Source: Chiloscyllium plagiosum
Lineage: Eukaryota
Assembly (NCBI RefSeq): GCF_004010195.1
Contig: NC_057719.1
Span: 40,154,872 to 40,196,804 of the forward strand
Direction of reading: 5' to 3'
Length of the DNA stretch: 41,933 nt
Both the position numbers and the translations under genes were made by a program. The notes under the pieces were generated by a model, which was given only the letters and a program-made list of their open reading frames with translations, made no database searches and was not told where the DNA came from. Positions 23,195-36,479 of the stretch are shown in pieces. Each line of letters opens with the position of its first letter. Position 1 is the stretch's first letter.

Positions 23195-24759
23195 TTTTGA
23201 GAAGACTTGTAGCTCAGTTTGAGGTTCTGGATGGAGGTTTGCTCGCTGAGCTGGAAGGTTCATTTTCAGATGTTTTGTCACTATACGAGGTAACATCTTC
23301 AGTGAGCCTCCGAATGAAGCAATGTTGGTGTTTCCTGCTTTCTATTTATATGTTTGGGTTTCCTTGGATTGGTGATGTCATTTCCTGTGGTGACTGCATT
23401 TCCTATGGTGATGTAATTTCCTGTTCTTTTTATGAGGGGGTGGTAAATGGTTTTCAAGTCAATGTGTTTATTGATAGAGTTCCGGTTGGAATGTCATGTT
23501 TCTAGGAATTTTCATGTATGTGTCTGTTTGGCTTGTCCGAGGATGGATGTATTGTCCCAGTTGAAGTGGTGTCCTTCCTTATCTGTATGTAAGGATACTA
23601 GTGAGACAGAGTCATGTCATTTTGTGGCTAGTTGATGTTCATGTATCCTAGTGGCTAGTTTTCTGCCTGTTTGTCCAATGTAGTGTTTGTTACAGCTCTT
23701 GCATGGTATTTTGTAAATGACATTAGTTTTGCTTGTTGTCTGTATAGGGTCTTTCAATAACGTTAGCTGCTGTTTTAGTTTGTTGGTGGATTTGTGGGCT
23801 ACCATGATGCCAAGGGGTCTGAGTAGTCTGGCAGTCATTTCTAAGATGTCTTTGATGGAGAGGAGAGTGGCTAGGGTTTCTGGGCGTGTTTTGTCTGCTT
23901 GTTTGGGTTTGTTGTTGAGAAATCAGTGGACTGTGTTCATTGGGCACCCATTCATTTTGAATACACTGTATAGGTGATTTTCCTCTGCTCTGCACAGTTC
24001 CTCTGTGCTGCAGTGTGTGGTGGCTCGTTGAAATAATGTTCTGATGCAGCTTAGTTTGTGGATGTTGGGATAGTTGCTTCTATAGCTCAATATTTGGTCC
24101 ATATGTGTTGGTTTCCTGTAGATGCTGCTTTGAGGTCCCCCATTGGCTGTCCACTCTACTGTGACATCGAGAAATGGCAGTTTGTTGTTGTTTTCCTCCT
24201 CTTTAATAAATTTTATACCAGTAAGGGTCTTATTGATGGTCTTTCCTCTAATTTGTTTCCTTTAGAGATGACAAAGGTATCATCCACATAGTGGACCCAA
24301 AGTTTGGATTGGATGGTTGGCAGAGCTGTTTGTTTGAGTCTCTGCATTACTGTCTCTGCTAAGAATCCTGATTTCAGATCTCACAAGTATCCTTGCATAC
24401 AGATAAGGAAGGACACCACTTCGACTGGGACAACACATCCATCCTAGGACAAGCTAAACAGAGACACACATGAGAATGCCCAGAAGCATGTCATTCCATA
24501 CGGAACTCTATCAACAAACACATTGACTTGGATCCTATTTACGACCCTCTGAGAAAAAGAAAAACAGGAACTGACATCAACATAAGAAATGACATCACCA
24601 CAGGAAATGTCATCACCAACCCAAGGAAACCCAAACATATAAATAGAAAGCAGGAAACACCAGCATTGCTTCATCCGGAGGCTCACTGAAGATGTCAACT
24701 AGTTTGGTGACGAAACATCTGAAAATGAACCTTCCAGCTCAGCGAACAAACCTACATCC
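23195..24759 (-). mobile_element. Penelope element (RT C-terminus + GIY-YIG endonuclease) with inverted terminal repeat and 11-bp TSD
   Basis: VIYKIPCKSCNKHYIGQTGRKLATRIHEH GIY-YIG motif. 24385-24759 is an inverted copy of ~23230-23600. AAAATATCGAT at 23184-23194 and 24760-24770. Confidence 0.92.
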
Positions 24760-25589
24760 AAAATATCGATGTGTGATGGCTTGTATGAAATTGAGTTGGA
24801 TAACAATAAGGAATCCTGGAATGACCTATGTGTTGTGAATCCAGGGGTACATCCAATGTGCAGAGGCTTACTCTTGTCCCAGAATATGATGCAGGGATGA
24901 TCGGCCAGAAGGTGAAAAGTGAAGCAACAAACCTGTCAGTTAGGTGACCCTTGGAAAGCTGACCAAGTGAGACCCCAACAGGGTCCACCACAGAGCTGGG
25001 ATCCCTTGGAGGGTACCAATACAGATAAGAGTGAGAAGGTCCACTTGAGCAAATGATGGATATCACCACAGGTCTTACCATTTTACCAGGTTGATGATTG
25101 CGAAAGAAAATGCTGCCACTAATGTGGGTCAAGATATTGTGGCCATCAAGGCACAACTGAACTTGCTATTCATGTAACTGTTAGCAACCAGTCACCATAT
25201 TCTATGAGGAGTTGCCGAAACAGACAATTTCAAACGGGAAAGTATGTTACAGAACCATCAGCTGTAGGTGGTGATAGTGAGGAAGGGTAGCTCATGATAT
25301 TATGCCAGGACTTCCAACTACAGGTGGTAATAGTGAGAGAGGGCATTGGGCATGGCGGCTGGGGCAGTTGAACGGATCCTCTCTGGATGAAAGAGTAGCT
25401 TTGGGAATGAGGCCTTGGATAAAGGAGGAGTCAAAGTATTTCCTAAAACAGATGTAACCCACAGTTTGATTCCATGTAAATGATATGTATTATTTATTTA
25501 TCCTAATTTTCCTTAATGTTTGTAATGACCTGATGCCTGTGAAGTAAGAATTCCTGCTTCATTTCAAAATTCTTGTGGCATCAGGAGAG

Positions 25590-26025
25590 TAACTTGCAGG
25601 TGATGGTATTTTCATGTACCTACTGCCATTATCCTTCCGGTGATAATAGTTATGGGTTTGGGAGGACCTGTTATGGAAGTTCTCATGTGATACTGCAGTG
25701 CATCTTGTAGATGGTACACAGTTCTGACATTATACTTTAGTAGTGAATGTAATAAAGTGAAATGTGGTGGATAGGATGCCAATCTAAGGAGATGCGCTGT
25801 GCTGGATTATATTGAGCTTCTTGCATACTGGTGGAGCTTCATCCATCTAAAAAAGTGGAGAGTATTCTATCACAATGCTGACTGATACGATGGAAATGGT
25901 CGACAGGCAATGAGGAATGAGGAGGTGAATTGCATGCTGCAGGATTCCTAACCTCTGATCTGCTCTTGTTGCCTAAAACACTGGATCAGTTAAGTTACTG
26001 GTCAATGGTAACCACCGGGATGATA
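25590..26025 (-). mobile_element. Old LINE (CR1/L2-group) fragment, probably continuing at ~29845-30150
   Basis: Resembles a decayed shark LINE 3' region by recall only, with similar-looking sequence beyond the Penelope cluster. Confidence 0.4.
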
Positions 26026-26034
26026 GTCTGTAAT

Positions 26035-28330
26035 TTATCAATGAGGTTTGTATGCCTAGGGGGTAGAGAGATAAAAGGAAGGAGGGTGGGGCTGGGGGAA
26101 GGTAGCTGAGAGTGCAATAGGTAGGTGGAGGTGGAGTAGGTCAGAGAGGAGGGTGAAGTGGATTGGTGCGAAGGAAGATAAGACAGGTAGGACAGGTCAT
26201 GAGGGCAGTGCCGAATTAAAAGATTGGATCTGGTATATGGTTGGGGGAGGGGAATTGAGGAAGCTGATGAAGTCCACATTAATCCCGTGTGGTTGGAGGG
26301 TCCCAAAGCGGAAGATGAGGCATTCTTCCTCCATGTGTCATGTGGTTGGGGTTTGGTAATGGAGGAGACCCAGCACCTGAACGTCCTTGGTGGAGTGGGA
26401 GGGGAAGTTAAAGAGTTTGGCCACAGGGCGTGAGTCGCTTCCTGCGTGTGTCCTGGAGATGTTCTCTGAAGTGCTCTGCAAGTAGGTCCCCTGTTTCCCA
26501 ATGTAGAGGAGACCGCTTTGGGAGCATCAGATACAGTAAATGATATGTGTGGAAGTGCAGGTAAATCCATGATGGATGTGGAAGGCTCCTTTGGGGCCAT
26601 GGAAAAAAGTCTGGGGGGGAGGTGTGGGCACAGGTTTTGCAATTCTTGCGGTGTCAGGGGAAGGTGCAGGGAGGGGACGGTGGTTTGGTGGGGGACGTGG
26701 ACCTGACAAGAGAGTCGCGGAGGGAATGGTCTTTACGGAATGTAGATAAAGGTGGGGAGGGAAATATATCTCTGGTGGTGGGGTCCGTTTGTAGGTGGCG
26801 GAAATGGTGGAGGATAATACAATGTACCTGAAGGTTGGTGGGGTGGAAGGTGAGGACTGGGGTGCCCATGAGGGTGCCATGACAAAAGCCTCCAAGCCCT
26901 CCGTTTCTTCCTCTCCTGGTGTCCCCACCAGTATCCTTCCATTGACACTCTCATTCGTTTGTCTGAACTGGTCCTCACTCTCAATAATTTGTCCTTTGAA
27001 TTCCCCCATTTCCTGCAGTCCAAAGGGTTGCCATGGACACCCGCATAGGCCCCAGCTATGCCTGTTTCTTCATCAGGTATGTGGAACAGTCCACCTTCTG
27101 CAGCTACACCAGCTTCACTCCTCACCTTTTCCTCCACTACATTGATGACTGTGTCGGCGCCACCTTGTGCTCCCAAGAGGAGGTTGAACAGTTCATCAAT
27201 TTCACCAACACATTCCACCCCAACCTTAAGTTCACTTGGACCATCTCAGATACCTCCCTCCCCTTCCTGGACATCTCCATCTCCATCAACGGTGACCGAC
27301 TCAACACAGACATCTTTTACAAACCCACTGACTCCCACAGCTACCTGGACAACACCTCCACCCACCCTGCCTCCTGTAAAAACGCTATCCTTTATTCCCA
27401 ATTCCTCCACCTCTGCTGCATCTGATCCACCACAGAACACAACAGATGGCCTACTTCTTCAAGGACCACAATTTTCTTTCCCACGTAGTCGATGGTGCCC
27501 TCAAAAACATCTCATCCACTTCCCTTCCTCTGGTCCTTCCTCTGGTCGTCACCCTCCATCCCACCAACCTCTGGATACATCGTATCATCCTCCGCCATTT
27601 CTACCACCTACAAAATGGACCCTCCCACCAGAGATATATTTCCCTCCCCACCCCTATCCGCTTTCTGTAAAGATCGTTCCCTCTGCGACTCTCTTGTCAG
27701 GTCCATGCCTCCCACCAACCCACCCTCCCCTCTGGACACCGTCCACTGACACCGAAAGAATTGCAAAACCTGTGTCCACACCTCCCACCTCACCTCTGTC
27801 CAAGGCCCCAAAGGAGCCTTCCACATCCATCAAAGTATGACCTGCACTTTCACACGGCATTTACTATATCCATTGCTCCTGATGCGTCTCCTCTACAATG
27901 GGAAGACAGGACACCTACTTACGGAACACTTCAGAGGACAACTCCGGGACACCTGCATGAAGCTACCCCACCGCCCTGTGACCGAACACTTAAAATCCCC
28001 CTCCCACTCGACCAAGGATATGCAAGTGCTGGGCCTCCTCCACCACCAAACCCCTACCACCCGACGCCTGGAGGAGAAATGCCTCATCTTCTGCCTTGGG
28101 ACCCTCCAACCTCATGGTGTTAATGTGGACTTCACCAGTTTCCTTATTTCCTCTCCCCCCACCTTATCCCAGATCCAACATTTTAATTTGGCACTGCCTT
28201 TTGATGTGTCCTACCTGTCCATCTTCCTTTCCACCTATCCGCTTCACCCTGCTCTCTGACCTATCACCTTTACCCCCACCTCGATCTACCTATCGCACTC
28301 TCAGCTACCTTCCCCCCATCCAGTCCCCCT
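26035..28330. mobile_element. Penelope element with inverted arm (minus ~26035-26870; plus ~26875-28330)
   Basis: RT motifs GPSYACFFIRYVEQ, YIDD, LPFLDISI, DIFYKPTDSHSYLD and C-terminal LIFCLGTLQPHG. The minus arm repeats the GIY-YIG/3' region. Confidence 0.9.
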
Positions 28331-28334
28331 CCAT

Positions 28335-29842
28335 CAAAACTCTCCTCCACCTCGCCAAACTAATTTTCACCCTTCTTTAACTTTAACTCCTCCCATTTCC
28401 TCCAAATTCAGGGTGTGGCCAAGGACATCCGGATGGGCCCCAGCTTTGCCTGCCTCTGTCGGCTATATCGAACAGCCCATCTTCAGTCTCTCCACAGACA
28501 CTGTGCCCCAACTCTTCCACTGTTACATTGATGACTGCATCAGTGCAGCGTCCTGCACCCAGGCTGAACTGGAGTGGTTCATTGACTTCACCCACAACTT
28601 CCACCCGGCCCACAAATTCACTTGGTCCATCTCGGACACCTCCCTCCCTTTTCTTGATGTTTCCATTTACATCTCTGGTGACAGTCGCCAGACGGACATT
28701 TACTACAAACCTACAGACTCCAAGGACTACATCTTCTCCCCCTCAGTATCCTGCAAGAACTCCATCTCATTCTGCCAATTCTTCTGCCGCATCTGCTCGG
28801 ACTGGGAGACATTCCACTCCCAAGCATCCTAGATGCCACCTATTTCAAACAACATGCTTTTCCTCTCTCTGTTATCTCCACTGCACCAACTCCATTCCCC
28901 GTTCCACTGCTGTAAACCCCTTTCCACCAAATGCAATAATGACAGAGTCCCCTTTGTCCTCACCTACCACCCCACCAGGCTCCACATCCAACGCATCATC
29001 CTTAATCCCTTCCATCAACTTCAAGTAGACCCCACCACCAAGAACATCTTTCCCTTCCCACCCCTCTCTGCATTCTGCAAGACCCTTCCTTTCGACAATC
29101 TTTGGTTTGCGCCGCTCTCCCCACTGACCCCCACCTCCCACCAAAACCCAGGTACCTTCCATTCAACCGGAAAAGATGTAAAACCTGCTGGTACACCACC
29201 CACCTCACCTCCATCCAGGGCCCCAAATAGTCCTTACAGGTGAGACAGAAGTTCACCTGCCTCTCTTCCAACCTAGTTTACTGCATCAGGTGGTCCCAAT
29301 GTGGTCTTCTCTATACATCGGGGAGACCAAACGTAAACCTAAGGAACGGTTCACTGAGCATCACAGCTGGGTCCACAGGGGCTGACCGGACCACACAGTC
29401 ACTGCCCATTTTAATTTCCCTTCCCACTGCCTTTCCGACATGACCATCCTTGGCCTCCTCCAATGCCACAATAAACCAAAGTGCAAATTGGAGGAACAAC
29501 ACCTCATCCTCCTCCTATGCAGCCTACAGCCCAGAAGACTCAACGTTGAGTTCTCCAATTTCAAATAACCCCCTTTCCCTTCCTCCGATTGCCTTCCTTG
29601 CCCCTCCCCCTTCCTCCTACTTTTCCCAGCCACCTACTGGATTCATTCCTCCCACTGACCAACCACGTCGTACACTCTTCACCTATCCCCACTTCACCAC
29701 CTTATCCCACCACCCCTTTTATCTGCAGCTCCCCCTACACCCACCTCCCAGTCCTGAAAAAGGGTTACACCCAAAACATCGACTTCTCCACCTCCTGATG
29801 CTGCTTGGTTTGCTGTGTTCTTCCAGCCTCCTGCCTGTCTAT
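28335..29842 (+). mobile_element. Second tandem Penelope copy (diverged subfamily) ending in pLTR
   Basis: VGYIEQ, YIDD, LPFLDVSI, VYCIRWSQCGLLY and a terminal CCTGAAAAAGGGTTACACCCAAAACATCGAC degenerate hammerhead-like core. Confidence 0.88.
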
Positions 29843-31989
29843 ATTAATTCAAATGTCATTCTTGATGTCAAAGGTGGTCACTTTAACTTTGCTTCTAGAT
29901 TTCAGCTCTTTCATCCATGTTTGAACCAACACTGTAATGAGTCAATAGCTAAGTGGGCCTGGTGGAAACCAATCTGAGTATCTGAACACTTTTTTGCTGA
30001 AAAATTGTTGGTAGCATTGTCAACAGCTCTTCCATCACTTTGTTGAGAGGAGACTATTGGGGTGGTATTTGGCCACATTGGATTTGAGCTATTTTTTATG
30101 AACAGGACAAACCTGGACAATGTTCCATGTTGTCAAGTAAATGTTGGTGTTAATTGTTAAATGAAACTTATGTCCAGAGATTCCACATTGATTACAGTCT
30201 TTGTTTTCACACTTAGGAATACAACCTGCCTTTTCTACTCCCTAAAGATTCTTTAAATTCCATTTGTTGCACTTGACCAACCTCATTCTGCTAAATCAGA
30301 TCCAACAATTACTCCTTCCTCATTGGACTGGAAATGTATTAGTTGATCAAGAAAATTCTTCTAAGTTTGCTTCAGAAAGATTGCCCCCTCTCTGCCCATT
30401 ACACAATTATTATAAGAGCTTAAGTGAAGTGCCCCATTTTCACTATGTAGTTTTTGCACTTAGTCGTAGGCAGACGTTTTGCTCCCTTGATTGGTGTGGG
30501 CAATGATTAGAAGTTGGGAAGATACAGTAAATAAAAGAAAATAATGATCCCAATATTGAGATTTTAAAAAAAAATTTCCTCTTAAGGTTTAAATGTTGAG
30601 AAATCTCACAAATGAGTGGTAACTACCAATGCATCTCATTATTAGCACAGCCGCCAGTGTCATCATATCAATTTATCTCCGATTGGTCCAACCTACAAGC
30701 CACTTCAGACCTCCGACATTCACTCTAAAGCTCAGGAACACTTAAAACTTGCATGTTTTTGTTAGTTTGCTTTTTGTGCAGCAACACACACATCTATACC
30801 AGATGCATATTAGGCTGTTAGGAGGGAAATAGGAGCTCTTAGAGAGGAGGTTTTCATAGGTCACTGATACTCTGGCCTCTACTTGGGGAGAATATTTGGC
30901 CAACATGGGCATGGCAATTTGCAAAGCACAAGTGCAAAGGATAAATCGATGAATTAATATTTGTATAAAGGGGCTGATTGGAGTGGGCGGTGAAGCTGAA
31001 AGGCCATAGAGAAACAGGGACTGCAACACAAAAAAGAACATGAGGGATGGGGGAATTGTACCGTGTCTCAGATGGATTTAGCAAGTCACTCACAAGAACA
31101 TAAATTTGAAACCTTACCATTTCCACCTGATGTCATCTGCCCAAGATGCATGCAGAATGAATGGAATAACTTAATCGTTTACTCTTTGGGGACAGCATAT
31201 AACTTATGGAATTTGAGCTCCTGCAAGGAGCTATTGCATTAACTCATTGATTCAGTAATGTCACCTATCCAGTATCAAATTGCAATTTATTGGCAGATCA
31301 TTCTTTATTTAAAATGAGCATGAAAGATTATGGCTTCAAACAACAATGACTATGACAGAATTTGGACTAATTGCCTCCTTGTCATGTAAGATAAACAACT
31401 CTAATCAGATGCTATCTTAAAAGCCTCATCTGGGTTTGCCACTTCTGAATCACATTTCATACTTGACACTGGAGGGCAATGCTTTGGAGCTGTTACATTC
31501 ACACACTGAACTGTAAGCATGCAAGAACACGGTCTGTATTGTGGCATTTTTTGGGTGAGTTAAAGATATTAGATTTATGTCAGAATTTCACTCCCTCGCT
31601 GTGGCATGAATACTTTGGTTCTATAGCATACATCTGAGCTCTTTATCAGGACATGACATTGGCTTCCTTACAAAACTTCATGGCACACAGTGTGAAAACG
31701 CTTCATTGTTATAGATGTGAGGACTCAGGAGTACCATTACTGTTGTGCTCTTTCCAGTATTCCTTGCAGATTATTGGCACATGTCTGATACGGCTATCAC
31801 ATTTGCTGGAATCCTGTGGTTTTGCTTCACAGGCAAAGACAGCATCAAAGGAGAGAGCAATTAAAACATCATCAGAAAGCCCGGAAATAACATACACCTG
31901 TAGCAGCTCCAGAGAGAGAAACAATAGGTGAAGATTCCGCAAAAAGGCAGAGGAGAATGACTAGCCCATGAGAAAACCTGACCTGCTAT

Positions 31990-32760
31990 CATAATCTACA
32001 ATTCCGAGGAGCACAGTCCAGAGGTAGACTAAGGATATCACAGGCCATCATCCCTGAACTTTATCACCTTATGGAGCAGGCCTTCTGCTGGGAAGGAATG
32101 TGCAACCATCCATCCCAGTGTCTCTCAAGGTTATGGATATCTTTAATTTTTATGCCAGCAACTTGTTGCAAAAAGAAACTTAGGACAAGTGACATCTTCC
32201 AGACACAAATGCATCTGGGATATCACTGATGCCATTTTCTCTACATTGCAACTGTATATATCCTTATTTCATGATCAAGAGAGTCAAGGTGCTCAGACGA
32301 TGGGATTCTGTACCATTGCTGGCTTCCCCCAAGTGCAGGGTGCTAAGGACTGCACCCATATAGGTTTGAGGGCACCCTATCACCAACCTGGAGAATGCAT
32401 CAGGAAAACAGGCTTTCACTCCATCAATGTTCAACTTATCTGTGATTATTGATGCCAGATTTTGGAGGCCTCTGCCAGAGTCTCTGCGGGTGCAATGATG
32501 CATACATATTCAAACTCACAAATCCCTGCCTCTTTCCATGGTTTTCAGGCTATACAGGGATGGCTACTTGAAGGCAAAGGGTTACTTCCTCAAACATACC
32601 TCATGAAACCTTTATAAAATGCTCAGACTGACACTGAAAGAGGATGCCATGCTGCCATGTTTCCAATGATGTCATAATGGAACATGATGAGGTTTCAGTG
32701 CTTGGATGTTTTCGTGGATTCTTGGAGTAGGGCCCAGAAAGGTTGTGTTGCATCATTTTG
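31990..32760 (+). mobile_element. PIF/Harbinger transposase (HARBI1-like) remnant
   Basis: IAGFPQVQGAKDCTHIGLRAP...RKTGFHSINVQLICD matches the GFPxVxGAIDCTH...NRKGFHSINVQ DDE core. Stops and frameshifts present. Confidence 0.85.
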
Positions 32761-33397
32761 TTATCCTATGGCCATCACAACTGGAGCCAACAAAGGGGAC
32801 ATGTCTAGATATGGAGGCAATCTTCTGAGGGTGAAGATCAGGATGAGGATCAGGACACTGACTAGAAAGGACATCCAAAAGAACACTGTAGAGCTAACCG
32901 CATTTGAGTGTGAGAAGCCAATTGCTTCCAGGAAGAATCAGTTGGGTTTGGACTTTCTTTCAATATGTAAGTTTCTATTGGTTATATTATGAGCAACTCC
33001 TGGTCGATGCACAGTAACCACGGATCTCATTATTTTTACAGTCTTTGAACTTTTCTATTAGTAAATTAATGTTTTCTTATCCAAATAATTGTATGCTTAT
33101 TATCTTCATGTGTTTCCACTTTCAAACATCTATAATTTACAGTCCTACTACTCGTGATTGAGGAACCAACAGTCAATGAGGTTGGGCAATAACATTACAT
33201 GGTGTGAAAGTTAGGGAGTTGTTAAGTTTCTGTCAGCATATAATATCTGACTTTTGTACAGTGAAGTATTTCAAGAGAGACAGCAAGTTTGGAGGTATCC
33301 TGAAGCACTTTCTTTTGACCCTTTCATCATTGATTAACCTTTGATATTTCAGAGTTTGCATAGACAGCTAAGTTGCTCTGAAGTAGGATGGCATTTC

Positions 33398-33722
33398 ATA
33401 GAATCCCTATAGTGAGGAAGCAGGCCATTCAGCCCATCACGTCTATTCTGACCCTCTAAAGAGCATCCCACCCAGACCCAACCCCTACTCTATCCCCATT
33501 ACCCTGAATTTCCCATGTCTAATCCATACAGCCTGCACTATGGGCAATTTAGCATGGCCAATCCACCTAACCTGCACATCTTCGGACTAAGGGAGGAAAC
33601 CAGAGTACCTGGAGGAAACCCATGCGGACACAGGGAGAAAATGCAAACTTTCTCTAGCTCAAGGCTGGAATTGAACCCAATGCTGTGAGGCAGCAGTGCT
33701 AACCAGTGTGCCACTGTGCCAT
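33398..33722 (-). mobile_element. HE1-type SINE (older)
   Basis: Head GGCACAGTGGCACACTGGTTAGCACTGCTGCCTCACAG and conserved body GGCCATGCTAAATTGCCC. Confidence 0.85.
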
Positions 33723-33829
33723 CCATTTAACCTGAGAGAGGCAACACATTATGCAATCTCTCTCAGCAGGCCACTAAGCTATGAGGGTCAGTGAAGATGT
33801 AAACTGCCCACTGTACACCACCCAGCTTT

Positions 33830-34640
33830 GAATTGTAATGTTGAAAGTCAACAGGTAGAATGAAGCGTAGGATCAACAAGTCTAGAGAACCCAGGATGTC
33901 AAGAGATGTATAGGATTGGTTAAGGAGAATAAAAAGAAGTGTATGATGGACAATGAAGGCTGACATCATGAAGTCCCAGAGGTGTATTTAAAGGACAGGG
34001 GATTGCTTATAAAGGAAATTAGAGCGAAGAGGGGACATAAAAAACACTGACTGGTAACATCAAGGAAAATCGAAAATTGCTTTACATTATAAGCAAAATA
34101 TAACCAGGGAAAAAGTAGGGACCAAAACATCTGTGTTTGGAATCAGAAAACATAGCTAAGGTTTAAATGAGTATTTTGCATCTGTATTTACAAAAGACCA
34201 GGACAATATAGGTATAGAAATCATGAAGGGGGACCCCTAATGTACTTGACCACATTGAAGCTAAATTCCCTCGTCCCTGGTAAATCTGCTCTTACATCCT
34301 CTGAAGCATCATCACGTGCAACCTACAGTTTGATGACTAGATCAGACACATCATTCCAGTTGTGGTTTAACCAAACTTTTATAATTTCCTCTGAATTTCA
34401 TTTTTGTACTCCATTATTCTATTTTTGAAACCCAAAATTCCATTTACCAAGTACTTTCACAAAATGTTCTGCCACCGTCAAAGATCATTCTGCACAAACG
34501 TCTGGTACTTCTTTCCCTATATACTCTTTTAGAGAACTAATACCATTAAATACATACTACCTGTCCCTATCCTTCCATTGACAAGTGTCACTATTTCTCC
34601 GTTTTAAATTCCAAGTGCATTTCATTGTCTACTACAGGTG
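33830..34640. mobile_element. Old CR1 fragments (plus ~33830-34240, minus ~34240-34640)
   Basis: AAGGAAATTAGAGCGAAGAGGGG and AATGAGTATTTTGCATCTGTATTTAC resemble 17250-17450. The minus part resembles the CR1 YCVQFW region. Confidence 0.55.
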
Positions 34641-34647
34641 TCCCACC

Positions 34648-35880
34648 TATAAGACCATAAGATGGTCCATGGGGTCTTCTCCACCATTTGATCATGTTTA
34701 TCAACTGCATTTTCTTGCCTTCTTCCCATAACCCTTGATCCCCATAATAAACAAGAATCTATCCACGTCTGTCTTAAATACACACAATGACTTGGCCTCA
34801 ACAGCATTCTGCAGCAATGAGTAACCACCCACTGGCTGAAGAAATTCCCCCGTATTTTAGTTCAAAACGATCATCTGTTCACTCTGAGGCTGTGCCCTTG
34901 GATCTTAGTCTCTCCTACTGGTGGAAACATCTGCTCCATGTCCACTCTATCCAAGTCTCTCAGTATTCCGCAAGTTTCAATGAGATTCCCCCATCATCCT
35001 TCTCAACTCCATTGAGTACAGACCCAAAGTCCTCAAACACTCCTTATATGATAAGCCCTTCATCCCTGGGATCATTCTTATAAACCTCATCTGGACCCTC
35101 TCCAATGCCAACACATCTCTCCAAAGATACGGGGCCCAAAACTGCTCACAACTTTCCAAATGTAGTCTGACCAGAGACTTTTACAGCCTCATCAGTACAT
35201 TCCTGCTCTTGTTTTCTCATCCTTTGTAATGAATGCTAACATTGCATTTGCCACCTTAACTGCCAACTGAACAGCATGTTAAGAACCACATTAAGAAAAT
35301 CCTGAACTACGACTCTTAAGTCCCTTTGTGCTTCAGTTTTCCAAAGCCTTAAGAAATAGTCTACACCTCAATTTTTGGGCGGCACGGTGGCACAGTGGTT
35401 AGCACTGCTGCCTCACAGCGCAAGAGACCCGGGTTCAATTCCCGCCTCAGGCGACTGACTGTGTGGAGTTTGCACGTTCTCCCCGTGTCTGCGTGGGTTT
35501 CCTCCCACAGTCCAAAAATGTGCAGGTCAGGTGAATTGGCCATGCTAAATTGCCCGTAGTGTTAGGTAAGGGGTAAATGTAGGGGTATGGGTGGGTTGCG
35601 CTTCGGCGGGGCGGTGTGGACTTGTTGGGCCGAAGGGCCTGTTTCCACACTGTAAGTAATCTAATCTAATCTAATCAATTCTTCCTGCTTCCCAGCACCT
35701 TCTCCTTAGAGATGGCCATGACACTCACCTCTGCCCCTACTGTTTTGAAGTTCTGGTCTGCTGCTGGTGTTTTCCTCTGTGAAAACTATGCAAAGAACCT
35801 ATTCAACCTTTTGTGACTTCTTTATCTCCATTAGTAAATTTCCAGCCTCATTTTCCAACAGTCTAATGTCCATTTATGCC
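34648..35880 (-). mobile_element. CR1 LINE 3' fragment (second subfamily, TAAGACCA-type tail) split by a SINE
   Basis: SCEQFWAPYLWRDVLALERVQMRFIRMIPGMKGLSY...LGLYSMELRRM and tail ATAAGACCATAAGA at ~34649-34661. Confidence 0.82.
35377..35676 (+). mobile_element. Young HE1-type SINE with intact CpGs and (TCTAA)n tail
   Basis: GGGCGGCACGGTGGCACAGTGGTTAGCACTG...GGTTCAATTCCCG head, many CpGs retained, TAATCTAATCTAATCTAATC tail. Confidence 0.95.
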
Positions 35881-36479
35881 TCTCTCTCACATATATATAT
35901 ATAAAGACTTCAACTTTACTCAGGTGAAGTCATAACTATTTCAATTTCCATCTGTAAATCTGTCCAGAATGCTGTGAGACACAATGGGGGTCGGTTTCAA
36001 ATAGATCTCAGAAGTCCCTTTGCTGCTGCCTTGCTCAGTTAAAAAACAGTACTAGGTTTCCTCTTAATAGAGAGGAAACTCAATCTTCTATGCTTATCTG
36101 AGTGATGTTGGCAAGGGCCTTTCTCGTCATCCCCTTGGGCATGAAACGTAAAATGATGATGATAATATTGCCTGAGAATGCCAAATGCCTATGTACAGAT
36201 GCCTAGTTGCAAAGTGGAGAAAATAGACAGAATTTTAACTGGTGGTTCCACTGGCAGCAAAGGAAGCTAGCAGTGCACACTAGTCAGATGCCTGAAAGTT
36301 GCTGGAGTCAACAAAGTTATCACTTTTGAATTCAAACCATGGCATTAGTATTCCACGGTTTGCTTCCCAACCAATTTGAGTGGCAAGTAAAATGCTGTGC
36401 AACTGCCATTTAAACTCCTATTTGAAAGGTCCTTCACATGGGTTAATGTTCAATAAAAATGGAACATGTCAGATATTGA

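Noticed and set aside
25995..29977. Long Pro/Ser/Thr-rich ORFs (215, 260, 175 aa)
   Set aside because: Off-frame readings of C-rich Penelope sequence.
35377..35450. tRNA gene
   Set aside because: The tRNA-like head continues into a SINE body and tail.
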